A DNA stretch of 64,000 nucleotides, taken from the sequence record MN871449.1. The stretch is one strand, 5' to 3'. Numbering within the stretch: the stretch's first letter is position 1; the number at the start of each line of letters is the position of its first letter. Shown in pieces: positions 36,861 through 45,674 of the stretch. The notes beneath the pieces are model-generated. The model was not told the DNA's origin. It saw nothing but the letters and a program-made list of their open reading frames with translations, and searched no databases. The position numbers and the translations under genes were made by a program.

Positions 36861-37052
36861 ATGTCTAAAGTCTATCTGCCCGATAATGATCCTGCTGATG
36901 TTTTTCATCAGCGTCAGTTATTAGCCGAGGCATTATACGATGTCCTCGTCGCAGCCGGTATGTTAAATACCGATACTCAACCGAACGGTGCTGAGCTGAT
37001 TCAGTTCGCAGGTGAATTCGTTGAATTCTCAAAGGGTAAAGTAAATGGCTGA
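36861..37052 (+). CDS. Small hypothetical protein
   Basis: SD GAGGA; coupled. Confidence 0.65.
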   Translation: MSKVYLPDNDPADVFHQRQLLAEALYDVLVAAGMLNTDTQPNGAELIQFAGEFVEFSKGKVNG

Positions 37053-38250
37053 AATTCTTTTTGCGTTAGGGCTCTTGGCATTAATTGGTGCCGGCGTGAC
37101 TTCGATCTATTTTGTTTTAGTAAAAAATAAAGGAAAGTCTTCTCTTTCTTACTCGGTGATTGATGACAATTTGGTCAAGGAGAAAGTAAACGAAATCCAA
37201 GAAGAAATGGCAAAACAACTTTATCCCGGCGAAGAGTCTTTAACTTTGTTACGTAAGTTGTTATCGAGTAATCAAAATATGCTTGTTCAAACGACGGAGG
37301 AAGGAATCTTACTGAGAAATAAAGCGGACTCAATATTCCCAGAAAACAGTGTAAAGTTTTCATTGACGCGGGATTTCATGGGTCTGTGGCGTATTACGGT
37401 AGAAATCCCTACGTTTGGATGGGAATGGGAAGATGCGATTAGGTTTCAACTTACTCAGTCTTTCCCGGGTCTGAATGGTTCGGATATCCGAACCATTATT
37501 CGATCGTCTATTAACGATCAGAATAGCTCTGTCATTGAATGGCATTGGAAAAAGTGGATAATGGATACGTTATCTAATGATCTTGGGTATGTTACCCTTA
37601 ATTCCCCCTGGGACATTTTTTCCAGCAGAGACGAAAAGTCCGAGGAAATCGTCTTTTGTTTACCTGATGCTGACGTAAATAAATTCTCGGTAAAAGGAAA
37701 ACCGGTAGAGGTTTATCATCAGCTTTTGTCATTCACCAACGAAATGAAGAGGAAGTTGGAAAAAGAGTACATCGATAGCATCGGCTTTTTCTCACGGAAA
37801 ATCTCGGACTACATTTCCGAGACAACGTTACAGAACATTTCCGTTATGGAGTTAAAAGGTCAATCGATTATCGATTTAACAATGGATCAATCTTTTGTAC
37901 TAGAAGCTTCTTTAACGCTGGACAAAAATGACTTTGTTCTTAACCTTAGATTAACGATACCAGAAGTTGAACTAGACATAACTCGTTTGATCGAGCGTCT
38001 CGAAGTCAATCTCCGTGGTTTCTTTTCTGACTACGGTAAAGACGTAGAAATCTTTGACGAAAGCTTTTTGTCTATGGGTTTGATTCCTAACGTGACTGAC
38101 TCTTTCGACCGTGATCATCTCCGGAGATTTGGCAGAAAGATCAGTTATTGCTACTCGTTTATCATGAGGATAAAGGAAAAAGATGGGAACGTTCATTTTG
38201 GGGATTCCGGAGAGACTCTCGATGGGTTTGCGGAAGATCAAGGATCCTGA
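37045..38250 (+). CDS. N-terminally anchored membrane protein (401 aa)
   Basis: TM at N-terminus; long ORF. Confidence 0.75.
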   Translation: MAEILFALGLLALIGAGVTSIYFVLVKNKGKSSLSYSVIDDNLVKEKVNEIQEEMAKQLYPGEESLTLLRKLLSSNQNMLVQTTEEGILLRNKADSIFPENSVKFSLTRDFMGLWRITVEIPTFGWEWEDAIRFQLTQSFPGLNGSDIRTIIRSSINDQNSSVIEWHWKKWIMDTLSNDLGYVTLNSPWDIFSSRDEKSEEIVFCLPDADVNKFSVKGKPVEVYHQLLSFTNEMKRKLEKEYIDSIGFFSRKISDYISETTLQNISVMELKGQSIIDLTMDQSFVLEASLTLDKNDFVLNLRLTIPEVELDITRLIERLEVNLRGFFSDYGKDVEIFDESFLSMGLIPNVTDSFDRDHLRRFGRKISYCYSFIMRIKEKDGNVHFGDSGETLDGFAEDQGS

Positions 38251-38611
38251 TGACCGCATTTACGTCATGACAGCCCTTTTCTGGGCGGTCATTCTTACCG
38301 CTGAAAACGCAGATTCAAAGTATGCTGGGAAAATTTTACATCAGGCGTTTTCAGAGCAAGCCTACCACCAATTTATCGAGCCCTGTTACCCAGACAGCGC
38401 TGAGGATCCCCCGCCTACTGACAACCCAGATAGGTTATACGAGGTCTTTGAGAAGTTCTCTCAGCATATCGATGTTTATTGCGGGTGGCCAACGATCTAT
38501 CGATTTTTCTTTGAGAAAATTGATCTTGGGAGTTACATCTCAGATGACGATGTTCAGTTTGAACTAGAAGTCAATCCACATCAAAACTTTTTGCAAATAG
38601 AGGTATTTTAA
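38183..38611 (+). CDS. Hypothetical protein (start uncertain)
   Basis: Fills the gap between coupled ORFs. Confidence 0.6.
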   Translation: MGTFILGIPERLSMGLRKIKDPDDRIYVMTALFWAVILTAENADSKYAGKILHQAFSEQAYHQFIEPCYPDSAEDPPPTDNPDRLYEVFEKFSQHIDVYCGWPTIYRFFFEKIDLGSYISDDDVQFELEVNPHQNFLQIEVF

Positions 38612-39163
38612 ATGGAAAACACAGAAACTTCTTTAATTGAGAATTACCGTGCAGGGTTAAAACTTCTCGAATCCGAGTTGGCATCAGTGATGTATGACGA
38701 GAAAAGTGGAGAGTTTCTTTTTGTTCAACGGGATAACGATCCAGCGTGGGAAATTCTGGGAGATCTTCACGGTGTTGGTTCGCCCTCTTCTGAAGTTCCG
38801 GTTAAAGAGCTGATAGAAAAAATTAACAAAGGCGGCGAGTTCTCTGTTATTCATATCGATCTGTTACGGGAATACCTTCGGTTTTTCTGGCTACTCTCCG
38901 CGAACGTTATTGATTTTTGTTTTGCTGAACCTGGCGAACAAGAAGACGTTACTGATTATTCAATCTACACCGATTTTGATGGGCAAAGAATTTATCTTCT
39001 TTTCCGGAACGATTGCTCCGCAGAAAGTCCCATCGGCAAACGTACTTATAGCAAACGCGGACTTAAAGATGTTTATATCGGCGGTGGTCTGAGTGAACTC
39101 GTCAGTAACGAATGCGCTTTTAAAGGCATCCCCGAACCCGCCTTCAATATCGAAATCATTTAA
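38612..39163 (+). CDS. Hypothetical acidic protein
   Basis: SD GAGGT. Confidence 0.7.
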   Translation: MENTETSLIENYRAGLKLLESELASVMYDEKSGEFLFVQRDNDPAWEILGDLHGVGSPSSEVPVKELIEKINKGGEFSVIHIDLLREYLRFFWLLSANVIDFCFAEPGEQEDVTDYSIYTDFDGQRIYLLFRNDCSAESPIGKRTYSKRGLKDVYIGGGLSELVSNECAFKGIPEPAFNIEII

Positions 39164-39165
39164 CA

Positions 39166-39175
39166 TCTATATCAC
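39166..39175 (+). promoter_or_regulatory. Early promoter-like motif TCTATATCAC
   Basis: Intergenic repeat of motif. Confidence 0.65.
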
Positions 39176-39247
39176 TTGATTGCATATACGACAGATAAGT
39201 CACTTTAAAATCATTTAACAACAACCTTTAACTAAGCGAGTAATAAA

Positions 39248-39652
39248 ATGTCCCAGAACACTATTGAAACAGAAATCCAATACCAAAACGCGAACGGTTA
39301 CACTTTCTTCAAGAAAGGCACTAAGCCTCAGCTGATGACGCCGTTCTTCATGCTTTTCATCATTTTCTCACAGCCGATCTTCACTGCGATTCAGGTCGCC
39401 TTACCAACCATCGGCTGGCTGATCTCACTGATACTGTTTACGGGTTGGTTCATCACCGACCGTGAAATGCTGAAGAAAGAAGGGGCCTTTGTCCCATCGG
39501 GTTGGTGGTGGCTGCTCTCTCCGGTTTATGTCTATAAGCGCCAGAATCGCAACGGTAACTCCCGCCTGTGGTTTGTCTGGTACATTCTCTCCGGCATTGT
39601 TTCGATCTTCGTTGCAGTGATTGTAGCGGCGGCCATGGGTCAGCAACTATAG
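39248..39652 (+). CDS. Membrane protein in monocistronic early unit (PSGWWWLLSPVYVYKR)
   Basis: Own TCTATATCAC motif and cUUCGg terminator; paralog of 56119. Confidence 0.8.
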   Translation: MSQNTIETEIQYQNANGYTFFKKGTKPQLMTPFFMLFIIFSQPIFTAIQVALPTIGWLISLILFTGWFITDREMLKKEGAFVPSGWWWLLSPVYVYKRQNRNGNSRLWFVWYILSGIVSIFVAVIVAAAMGQQL

Positions 39653-39659
39653 TTTGACG

Positions 39660-39687
39660 CTTCCTCTCTCCTTCGGGAGAGAGGAAG
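39660..39687 (+). terminator. Intrinsic terminator
   Basis: CTTCCTCTCTCC-TTCG-GGAGAGAGGAAG. Confidence 0.8.
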
Positions 39688-39725
39688 GTTCTATGTTCTC
39701 TTTTTCTTTTGGATTTGTTTTCAAG

Positions 39726-39735
39726 TCTATATCAC
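39726..39735 (+). promoter_or_regulatory. Early promoter-like motif TCTATATCAC
   Basis: After terminator, before operon. Confidence 0.65.
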
Positions 39736-39768
39736 TTAGATGTAGAGGAAAAATAAAAGGAGAAATAA

Positions 39769-40218
39769 ATGTCCATCGAAAAAATTAAAGAAATCTTGAA
39801 AAGGGATATTTCTGATAAAGTAAAAGTTTTCGAGATCAATAGACTGTTGAATGAAGAAATAACCCTTAACCTATTCGGACCTAAACTCGACTACGCTGAT
39901 CTCATCGTTGATAAAGACAAGATTTACAAGCTTAGAGACCAACTTCCTGTCGACAGAAAAATAACCCGTCTAGAGATTCTATCAATTTGCTATCGTGGGG
40001 TAGACTGTCAATTGCCGGAGAATTGTTTGTTTGTTAATCCCGATAACGATCTCATTTCGAATAATGTCTGTCGCACTACGTATTGTGAAGAGCAGGCTAT
40101 AGATTTCAAATTGATTTTCGGCTTTAATATCAAAGCTATTCGCATCCTTTTACTCAATGAAGACGAGATCACTGATTATCCCGTCTTTAAAATTCGTTTT
40201 CACCTCGAGGATAAATAA
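39769..40218 (+). CDS. Hypothetical early protein
   Basis: After promoter motif; SD AAGGAG. Confidence 0.7.
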   Translation: MSIEKIKEILKRDISDKVKVFEINRLLNEEITLNLFGPKLDYADLIVDKDKIYKLRDQLPVDRKITRLEILSICYRGVDCQLPENCLFVNPDNDLISNNVCRTTYCEEQAIDFKLIFGFNIKAIRILLLNEDEITDYPVFKIRFHLEDK

Positions 40219-40934
40219 TGGATTTCATCGAACGTTTTCTGAATCATAAACCAGAGTTCACTTTCTTCATCCAACGTCTTAAACGGGACGAATTTTATCT
40301 CCGTAAATTTTGGTCTGATGAAGATTGGGCTCCTCCGGGTACCTTTAAGCCCTACGGCTGGGTGGCAGGGATCGCTACCAGTGAATTCGTTTCTTACCTC
40401 GTTAATCACGGCGTAGACCCCCGTTTCTTCTGTCTGCTGAATAAATGGTTTCCGATGATCATGGTCCGGTCAGATGAAGCCGATACCGCGGTACTGATTG
40501 ATAAACTCACCGACAAACTCTCGGCAGTACCTGAAGCGTTGATTGCGACGTATTGCGATCGGGTAGAAGAGTATTGTCAGGATGCCGTTAAACTGTATCG
40601 CGGCCCGACGGATTCCTCTAACGGCGAAATGAATATTCTCCCGTTTAAAGGGACAGTTGAGTCCTTCTTAAACAACCCATTAATCAACCCAGACAAACTA
40701 AAGGCAGTCGGAGAGAAAGCAGGGTGTCGGGTCTATTACAATATCGCCATTAATCGGCTCTCTGCGGAAGTGAACGCTGACCATACATTCTTTATCGTCT
40801 TCGCTCCTGGCGAGAACGAATATTACATCAACATGCACCCCAGCTGGCCGCTTACTCTCCCAGACAATGAGGCGGTGAGCAAAACGTTGGTGGCAGTAAA
40901 CAACGCGTATAACGAGGTTAAAAATGCACAGTGA
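40218..40934 (+). CDS. Hypothetical protein
   Basis: Coupled ORF. Confidence 0.7.
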   Translation: MDFIERFLNHKPEFTFFIQRLKRDEFYLRKFWSDEDWAPPGTFKPYGWVAGIATSEFVSYLVNHGVDPRFFCLLNKWFPMIMVRSDEADTAVLIDKLTDKLSAVPEALIATYCDRVEEYCQDAVKLYRGPTDSSNGEMNILPFKGTVESFLNNPLINPDKLKAVGEKAGCRVYYNIAINRLSAEVNADHTFFIVFAPGENEYYINMHPSWPLTLPDNEAVSKTLVAVNNAYNEVKNAQ

Positions 40935-41652
40935 GTTCTCAGTCTTCTGGGATAATTACGGACTGAAGGAAATGAACCCGATCTGGGGACGTTGTTTCTT
41001 CAATGACTACAATGGGATCATTCGCTGGGTAGAAGAACACAACGCAGGGCGACCGTACCACTCCACACGCCATTTAATTGGCGTAGGTGTACTGACAGGT
41101 TATCTTCTTTCCAATCTTGAGCCATCAAATTACGGGCTCTCTGAGAAGGATTTTGAATCAGCCGTCATCGCAGGACTAGTTCACGATTTCTGTCACTTAG
41201 GAGAGAAAGATGACTGGAAGAATATTGAGTACACTTTACAGCAACTTGAGCAATTAGGTTTCTGGCGTGAGTTTCCTACGGCTAACAAAGCGATGATCAC
41301 TTTATTAGTCGGATTCACGCATTATAACTTCGACGACCCTTTTCCGCAGTATCCCGGCGGTACCGGTATGCGTTATTTATTCGGCATTATCCGGGACGCC
41401 GATCAACTCTACGCGATGTCTTATCTCGATGAAGACATCTTCAACGGACTTTACCAAGAGATCGGTATTCGCTTCGGTCAGTCACGAGAAGAGTTTACGA
41501 AAAGAAACATTGACTACATCAGCAATCTCAAGTTTTACACTGCGTTAGGCGCGGCACACGCGAAAAAATACCGAGTTGTTGCGCAAGGTAGTTGTCATTA
41601 TTTTGGCCTAACTGCACAGGGGAATAACAATGAAACTGTTTCTGGCGAGTGA
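40924..41652 (+). CDS. HD-domain phosphohydrolase
   Basis: YHSTRH...AGLVHDFCH...IIRDAD metal-binding H..HD..D pattern. Confidence 0.85.
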   Translation: MHSEFSVFWDNYGLKEMNPIWGRCFFNDYNGIIRWVEEHNAGRPYHSTRHLIGVGVLTGYLLSNLEPSNYGLSEKDFESAVIAGLVHDFCHLGEKDDWKNIEYTLQQLEQLGFWREFPTANKAMITLLVGFTHYNFDDPFPQYPGGTGMRYLFGIIRDADQLYAMSYLDEDIFNGLYQEIGIRFGQSREEFTKRNIDYISNLKFYTALGAAHAKKYRVVAQGSCHYFGLTAQGNNNETVSGE

Positions 41653-42157
41653 GAAGTTTTACGATCTCCCTGAATCTAAAGAAGCGACAGTGTTATTAAT
41701 CGCCGCTGAAAATAAAGAAGCTGCGTTCCGCAATGCAACGTTCAGTGTTTGCCCGGACGAACCCCGCTCTGTTCTGACACCCATGTTCGATATTTGGGAA
41801 TTAGGGGATTTTATCCCCCTACCCGCTATTTGGGATGGACTCCAGCGCTACCCGGAGAATTCAACGGGTGGTGTGACGATTCTTTCTGGGTATGAGCCAG
41901 TGGAATATACTGAAATCGAAGCGCAATACCGTAAATGGCTTTATGCGAAATATAAAGCAGAAGCGACCGACCACAAAATGTTTGCCTATTACGATAACCT
42001 TAAAAAGAGCAGAGATAACTTCTTCTCTTTCACCGAGAAGAAAGGCTGGTTATACCGTGAAGAAGAACATCTTGGGTTCAAAGTACCCGTTTGGGTAGAT
42101 CCTATTTGGGATCAATTGATCGAAGTTTACGGCGCAGGTTATACGCTCCAAGGGTAA
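41630..42157 (+). CDS. Hypothetical protein
   Basis: Coupled ORF. Confidence 0.65.
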   Translation: MKLFLASEKFYDLPESKEATVLLIAAENKEAAFRNATFSVCPDEPRSVLTPMFDIWELGDFIPLPAIWDGLQRYPENSTGGVTILSGYEPVEYTEIEAQYRKWLYAKYKAEATDHKMFAYYDNLKKSRDNFFSFTEKKGWLYREEEHLGFKVPVWVDPIWDQLIEVYGAGYTLQG

Positions 42158-42161
42158 TAAT

Positions 42162-42725
42162 TTGAACGATCCAATTAAGTTATCAAAAACACTGTGTTTC
42201 ATTTTACGCCATCGGCCTCAGGCTTTGAAATTAACGCCTGATGAACTTGGCTATGTCAGACTCGACGACCTGATTGCAGCATTCTCTGAACAGAATAAGG
42301 TAGTTACGTTACAGGAAATCATGCACGTTGTAGAGACGGACGATAAGAAACGATTTGGGTTATCCGATGATTTTTCTTCCATCCGTGCTGTACAAGGACA
42401 TTCATTCCCAGTAAATGAAATGGCCTTCAATGAAGAGGTACCGCCTGAGGTACTTTACCACGGCACTGCATCGGGGAATTTAGAGAGCATTTTTCAGGAA
42501 GGGTTAACGCCGGGGTCACGTCAGTTCGTTCATTTAACTGACCACATTGAGACAGCGCGTTTAGTGGGGTTACGGTACGCTAAGAAAGGGTCGCTCGTAG
42601 TCTTGAGTATTGACACCCAGAAACTTTTGGAACGCGGCTACGTGTTCTACAAAGCGATTAACGGCGTGTGGTTAGTGAAACACGTCCCGGTAGGTTGTTT
42701 CAAAATAGAGGAAAAGAAAGAATGA
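42162..42725 (+). CDS. kptA: NAD-dependent RNA 2'-phosphotransferase Tpt1/KptA
   Basis: LSK.L..ILRH, DDKKRF, IRAVQGHS, LYHGT, I..EGL.P..RQFVHL. Confidence 0.95.
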   Translation: MNDPIKLSKTLCFILRHRPQALKLTPDELGYVRLDDLIAAFSEQNKVVTLQEIMHVVETDDKKRFGLSDDFSSIRAVQGHSFPVNEMAFNEEVPPEVLYHGTASGNLESIFQEGLTPGSRQFVHLTDHIETARLVGLRYAKKGSLVVLSIDTQKLLERGYVFYKAINGVWLVKHVPVGCFKIEEKKE

Positions 42726-43267
42726 AATTTAAGTTTGAACGGGGCGCTTACGCGGCTGACGTCTATGGTTTAGTGGAAGGAGAGAAGGTCGCTCTCGGTA
42801 AAAATGCCGCAGGGGAAACTGTTCTCATACCGGCCCTTGCAGAAATGATTCATGAAGCCATAGCAGGGAAAGAATTGGAGATCCTTGATCACGGCTCTAT
42901 GTACCAACCGGGGTATCTCAAATGGGAGCAATATCAAAATCCTTATCGTTTTCGAGGGGAGGCGATAGTAGCCGCAGACGGAATTGTCTGGCAGTGGCCG
43001 CTGCGTGGTCACGACAGGGAAACGTATAAAGATTATCTCGAACGGTTAGCGGATAAACCGCGCAAACTGGTCAGTCATTTCAGATGCCAAAAAGCAATTA
43101 CCTTCGAAATTCCGCTTGGCGCCGTGGCTTATACCCTCAAGCGATTATTATCTACCGGGTTAGTTGTCAATTTACTCGATATGAAAGATATCGAAGGGAT
43201 CGACGATCTCCCCTCGGGAATCCATGCTATTTCATTTTACGACGTTTATTGGGTTTTTACAAAATGA
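42722..43267 (+). CDS. Hypothetical protein (start corrected to MKFKF)
   Basis: ATGA overlap with kptA. Confidence 0.65.
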   Translation: MKFKFERGAYAADVYGLVEGEKVALGKNAAGETVLIPALAEMIHEAIAGKELEILDHGSMYQPGYLKWEQYQNPYRFRGEAIVAADGIVWQWPLRGHDRETYKDYLERLADKPRKLVSHFRCQKAITFEIPLGAVAYTLKRLLSTGLVVNLLDMKDIEGIDDLPSGIHAISFYDVYWVFTK

Positions 43268-43626
43268 AACGAATCCAGTCCATTAAAGTGTTAGGAACCT
43301 TCAACGAATCCGCGATGTTGCATTATTCCGCTTTCATTGCGAATAACCTGATGAAGGGTAAGACCGTAAAGGTATACGGTGACCCGCGAACTCGCGCGAA
43401 ATTCAAAGAGGTCATTGCTGACTACCTCGGACCGAAATTGATCGCTTCGATCAAGGTCACTCCGTTACCGAACACCTTAGCAATGGCGCAGCGGATAAAT
43501 CGTGGTCAAGTAGACTGCGCGTGTTTATTCATCAGTTCGGAAGGTAAATTCTTCCCTACGTTAAAAGAGTCGCTTACGCCAGTCCGTTCGATGTCGGCGT
43601 TGTTTGTAGACGCGGTCATTTGTTAA
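43264..43626 (+). CDS. Hypothetical protein (start corrected to MKRIQ)
   Basis: ATGA overlap; terminator follows. Confidence 0.65.
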   Translation: MKRIQSIKVLGTFNESAMLHYSAFIANNLMKGKTVKVYGDPRTRAKFKEVIADYLGPKLIASIKVTPLPNTLAMAQRINRGQVDCACLFISSEGKFFPTLKESLTPVRSMSALFVDAVIC

Positions 43627-43678
43627 TTTATCAGGCGGGGGTTATTCCTCCGTCTTTTTATTTTTCAAGGAGTAGTGA

Positions 43679-44092
43679 ATGTCCTTTATCAAAGTCCCTT
43701 ATTCACAAGTGAAAGATATTCACCGGGAACGCAGTTATCACGTAGAGTACGTACGCCTCTCTCGGGATTCCGATTGTTCTTTATCGAAAACATTTTTGAA
43801 TCAATTTGACATTGGCGACGATACGATTGATTTTGAATACAATACTGAAACAGGTCATTTTCGTTTTCAGGTTGGCCCTTATTTCGATCGTCCGCTGTCA
43901 GGGAGTGGTACGTTTCTTCTCCCGACAACGGTATTACGTACAATCTGGAATAAACAACTCTTGACAGACGGCCAACACGCAAAAGGTTTCGCCAGACGAT
44001 CGGCGTACTTTAAACCCGTGTTAAAAGAAGACGGATGGTGGTACGGCGAATTCAAAAGTTTTATTCGCCCGATTGACACTTGGGTTAAATAA
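43679..44092 (+). CDS. Hypothetical protein, dispersed paralog family
   Basis: Shares YxR..C.LS..F..EFEY..FRFxVG..GWxxGEF with 45282. Confidence 0.7.
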   Translation: MSFIKVPYSQVKDIHRERSYHVEYVRLSRDSDCSLSKTFLNQFDIGDDTIDFEYNTETGHFRFQVGPYFDRPLSGSGTFLLPTTVLRTIWNKQLLTDGQHAKGFARRSAYFKPVLKEDGWWYGEFKSFIRPIDTWVK

Positions 44093-44111
44093 GTAACTAG
44101 GGGGAAAATAT

Positions 44112-44591
44112 ATGGCATCCAGTGACCCGCTCGCTAAATTATTTCAGGCACTTGAAGAACCGAAACAAGAAGAAAAGGTTTTTTCGGAAGGGGAATTGAT
44201 TTTAGTAATCTCAAAAGTAATCGATGAGGTTACTGAGTATTTACGAAGCAACGCAGAAAGTACCACTTTCCAAGAAAAACTGAAGAAGGGTATCGGAGAG
44301 AAAGGGGAAGTTAAGGTTACTACGCCACTACTTTCTATCAACTTCCAACTGGCCATTCGAACTAATTCCGAAGGAGAAATCCGAGTAAGGTTGGAAAGCG
44401 ACTACGTGATTAACGAGAAGTCCGAAAAAGTTCTTGGCCTTTACCGGAAAAGGAAGATAACGAATACGCATTACATTTCTGACGTGCTTCTTCTCACCTC
44501 AAAAGCAGGGGTTAAGTTAACGATTGAAATCGTCTATCGCAACTACAAGAAAAAGTCAATGCTTCCATTCCCTAATTTCTTCTTTTATTAA
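44112..44591 (+). CDS. Hypothetical protein
   Basis: SD AGGGG. Confidence 0.65.
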   Translation: MASSDPLAKLFQALEEPKQEEKVFSEGELILVISKVIDEVTEYLRSNAESTTFQEKLKKGIGEKGEVKVTTPLLSINFQLAIRTNSEGEIRVRLESDYVINEKSEKVLGLYRKRKITNTHYISDVLLLTSKAGVKLTIEIVYRNYKKKSMLPFPNFFFY

Positions 44592-44606
44592 AGAGGTAAC
44601 CAAAAA

Positions 44607-45203
44607 ATGTTTAATCTGAAGATAGTTGATTTATCTGGCTTTGATAGCTGGCCAAATTTTGAAAAGCGGGATTTCAGAACGATGGTCCCGGGTAAGGATT
44701 ACGACTGCATTATTACACCCGGCAATTCGTTTGGTATTATGGACGGTGGTTTTGACAAAGTAGTAAGGGACAAGTTTCCTCGCTCCCAAGAAACTGTCCA
44801 AACGGCCATCAAACAATTCTGGGGTAAAGAAATGCCAGTGGGGCAGGCTATCACCGTTTCACTGAGTGAAGTAGTTCAATTGTGCTATGCACCGACGATG
44901 CGATTCCCTGGCCCGACAAAAAGTAAAGACACTGCATATCACGCGGCGCTGGCTGCTTTTTGCCAGATAAAATATTTCAACCGTATTTCTCCAGGCCGGG
45001 CGATAAAAAACGTCGTTATGCCGTTATTCTGTACAGCGACAGGTGGGATGCCTGTAGAGGTTTCTTACGAGCAAATTATGTATGCCTACCAGAGAGCTAC
45101 ATCTGGTGATAACTCTCCCGAGAAAAATTGGGGTGATTTATTGGTTCATCGAGATAATTTGAAACGATTGTCTTCTTGGACAAATAAGCGTACAGGTAGA
45201 TAA
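44607..45203 (+). CDS. Macrodomain (ADP-ribose processing) protein
   Basis: DCIITPGNSFGIMDGGFDKVV, APTM, PLFCTATG. Confidence 0.9.
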   Translation: MFNLKIVDLSGFDSWPNFEKRDFRTMVPGKDYDCIITPGNSFGIMDGGFDKVVRDKFPRSQETVQTAIKQFWGKEMPVGQAITVSLSEVVQLCYAPTMRFPGPTKSKDTAYHAALAAFCQIKYFNRISPGRAIKNVVMPLFCTATGGMPVEVSYEQIMYAYQRATSGDNSPEKNWGDLLVHRDNLKRLSSWTNKRTGR

Positions 45204-45205
45204 AT

Positions 45206-45234
45206 AAAGAGAGAGGGTACTCCCCTCTCTCTTT
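45206..45234 (+). terminator. Intrinsic terminator
   Basis: AAAGAGAGAGGG-TACTC-CCCTCTCTCTTT. Confidence 0.8.
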
Positions 45235-45281
45235 TTATTCCGTCTTGATTTTATTTGATTAAATTAATAAGAGAGAACAAA

Positions 45282-45674
45282 ATGGCCTTTGAAAAGTTTG
45301 TTCCGAAGACCAATAAACTTCCTAACCTAAAACCGGTCTATCTCCGTATTGCACCAGGCGGGAGTTGTTACCTCTCCGCAGGGTTCAGGGACTTACAGCC
45401 TGAACCTTATTCGTCGCTCGAATTCGAATACGACCCTATCACGTTAGAGTTTCGTTTTCGGGTAGGGAAAGATTACCTGTATAAAGTGCTCTCTGGTGCG
45501 TTTTCGCTTCCGGCCGAATTAACCCGGCTGATTACTTCCCGGAGCGGAACGAGGTATAACCGGATGTTCTATTACCGTATCATTGAGCAATCGGAAGGTT
45601 GGTTTACCGGGGAATTCGTAAGTGTGAATAAAGCCCCTAAACACTATAAAATCGCTAAAGAGGAAAAAGAATAG
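45282..45674 (+). CDS. Hypothetical protein, dispersed paralog family
   Basis: MAFEKF start; paralog of 43679 and 62745. Confidence 0.7.
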   Translation: MAFEKFVPKTNKLPNLKPVYLRIAPGGSCYLSAGFRDLQPEPYSSLEFEYDPITLEFRFRVGKDYLYKVLSGAFSLPAELTRLITSRSGTRYNRMFYYRIIEQSEGWFTGEFVSVNKAPKHYKIAKEEKE

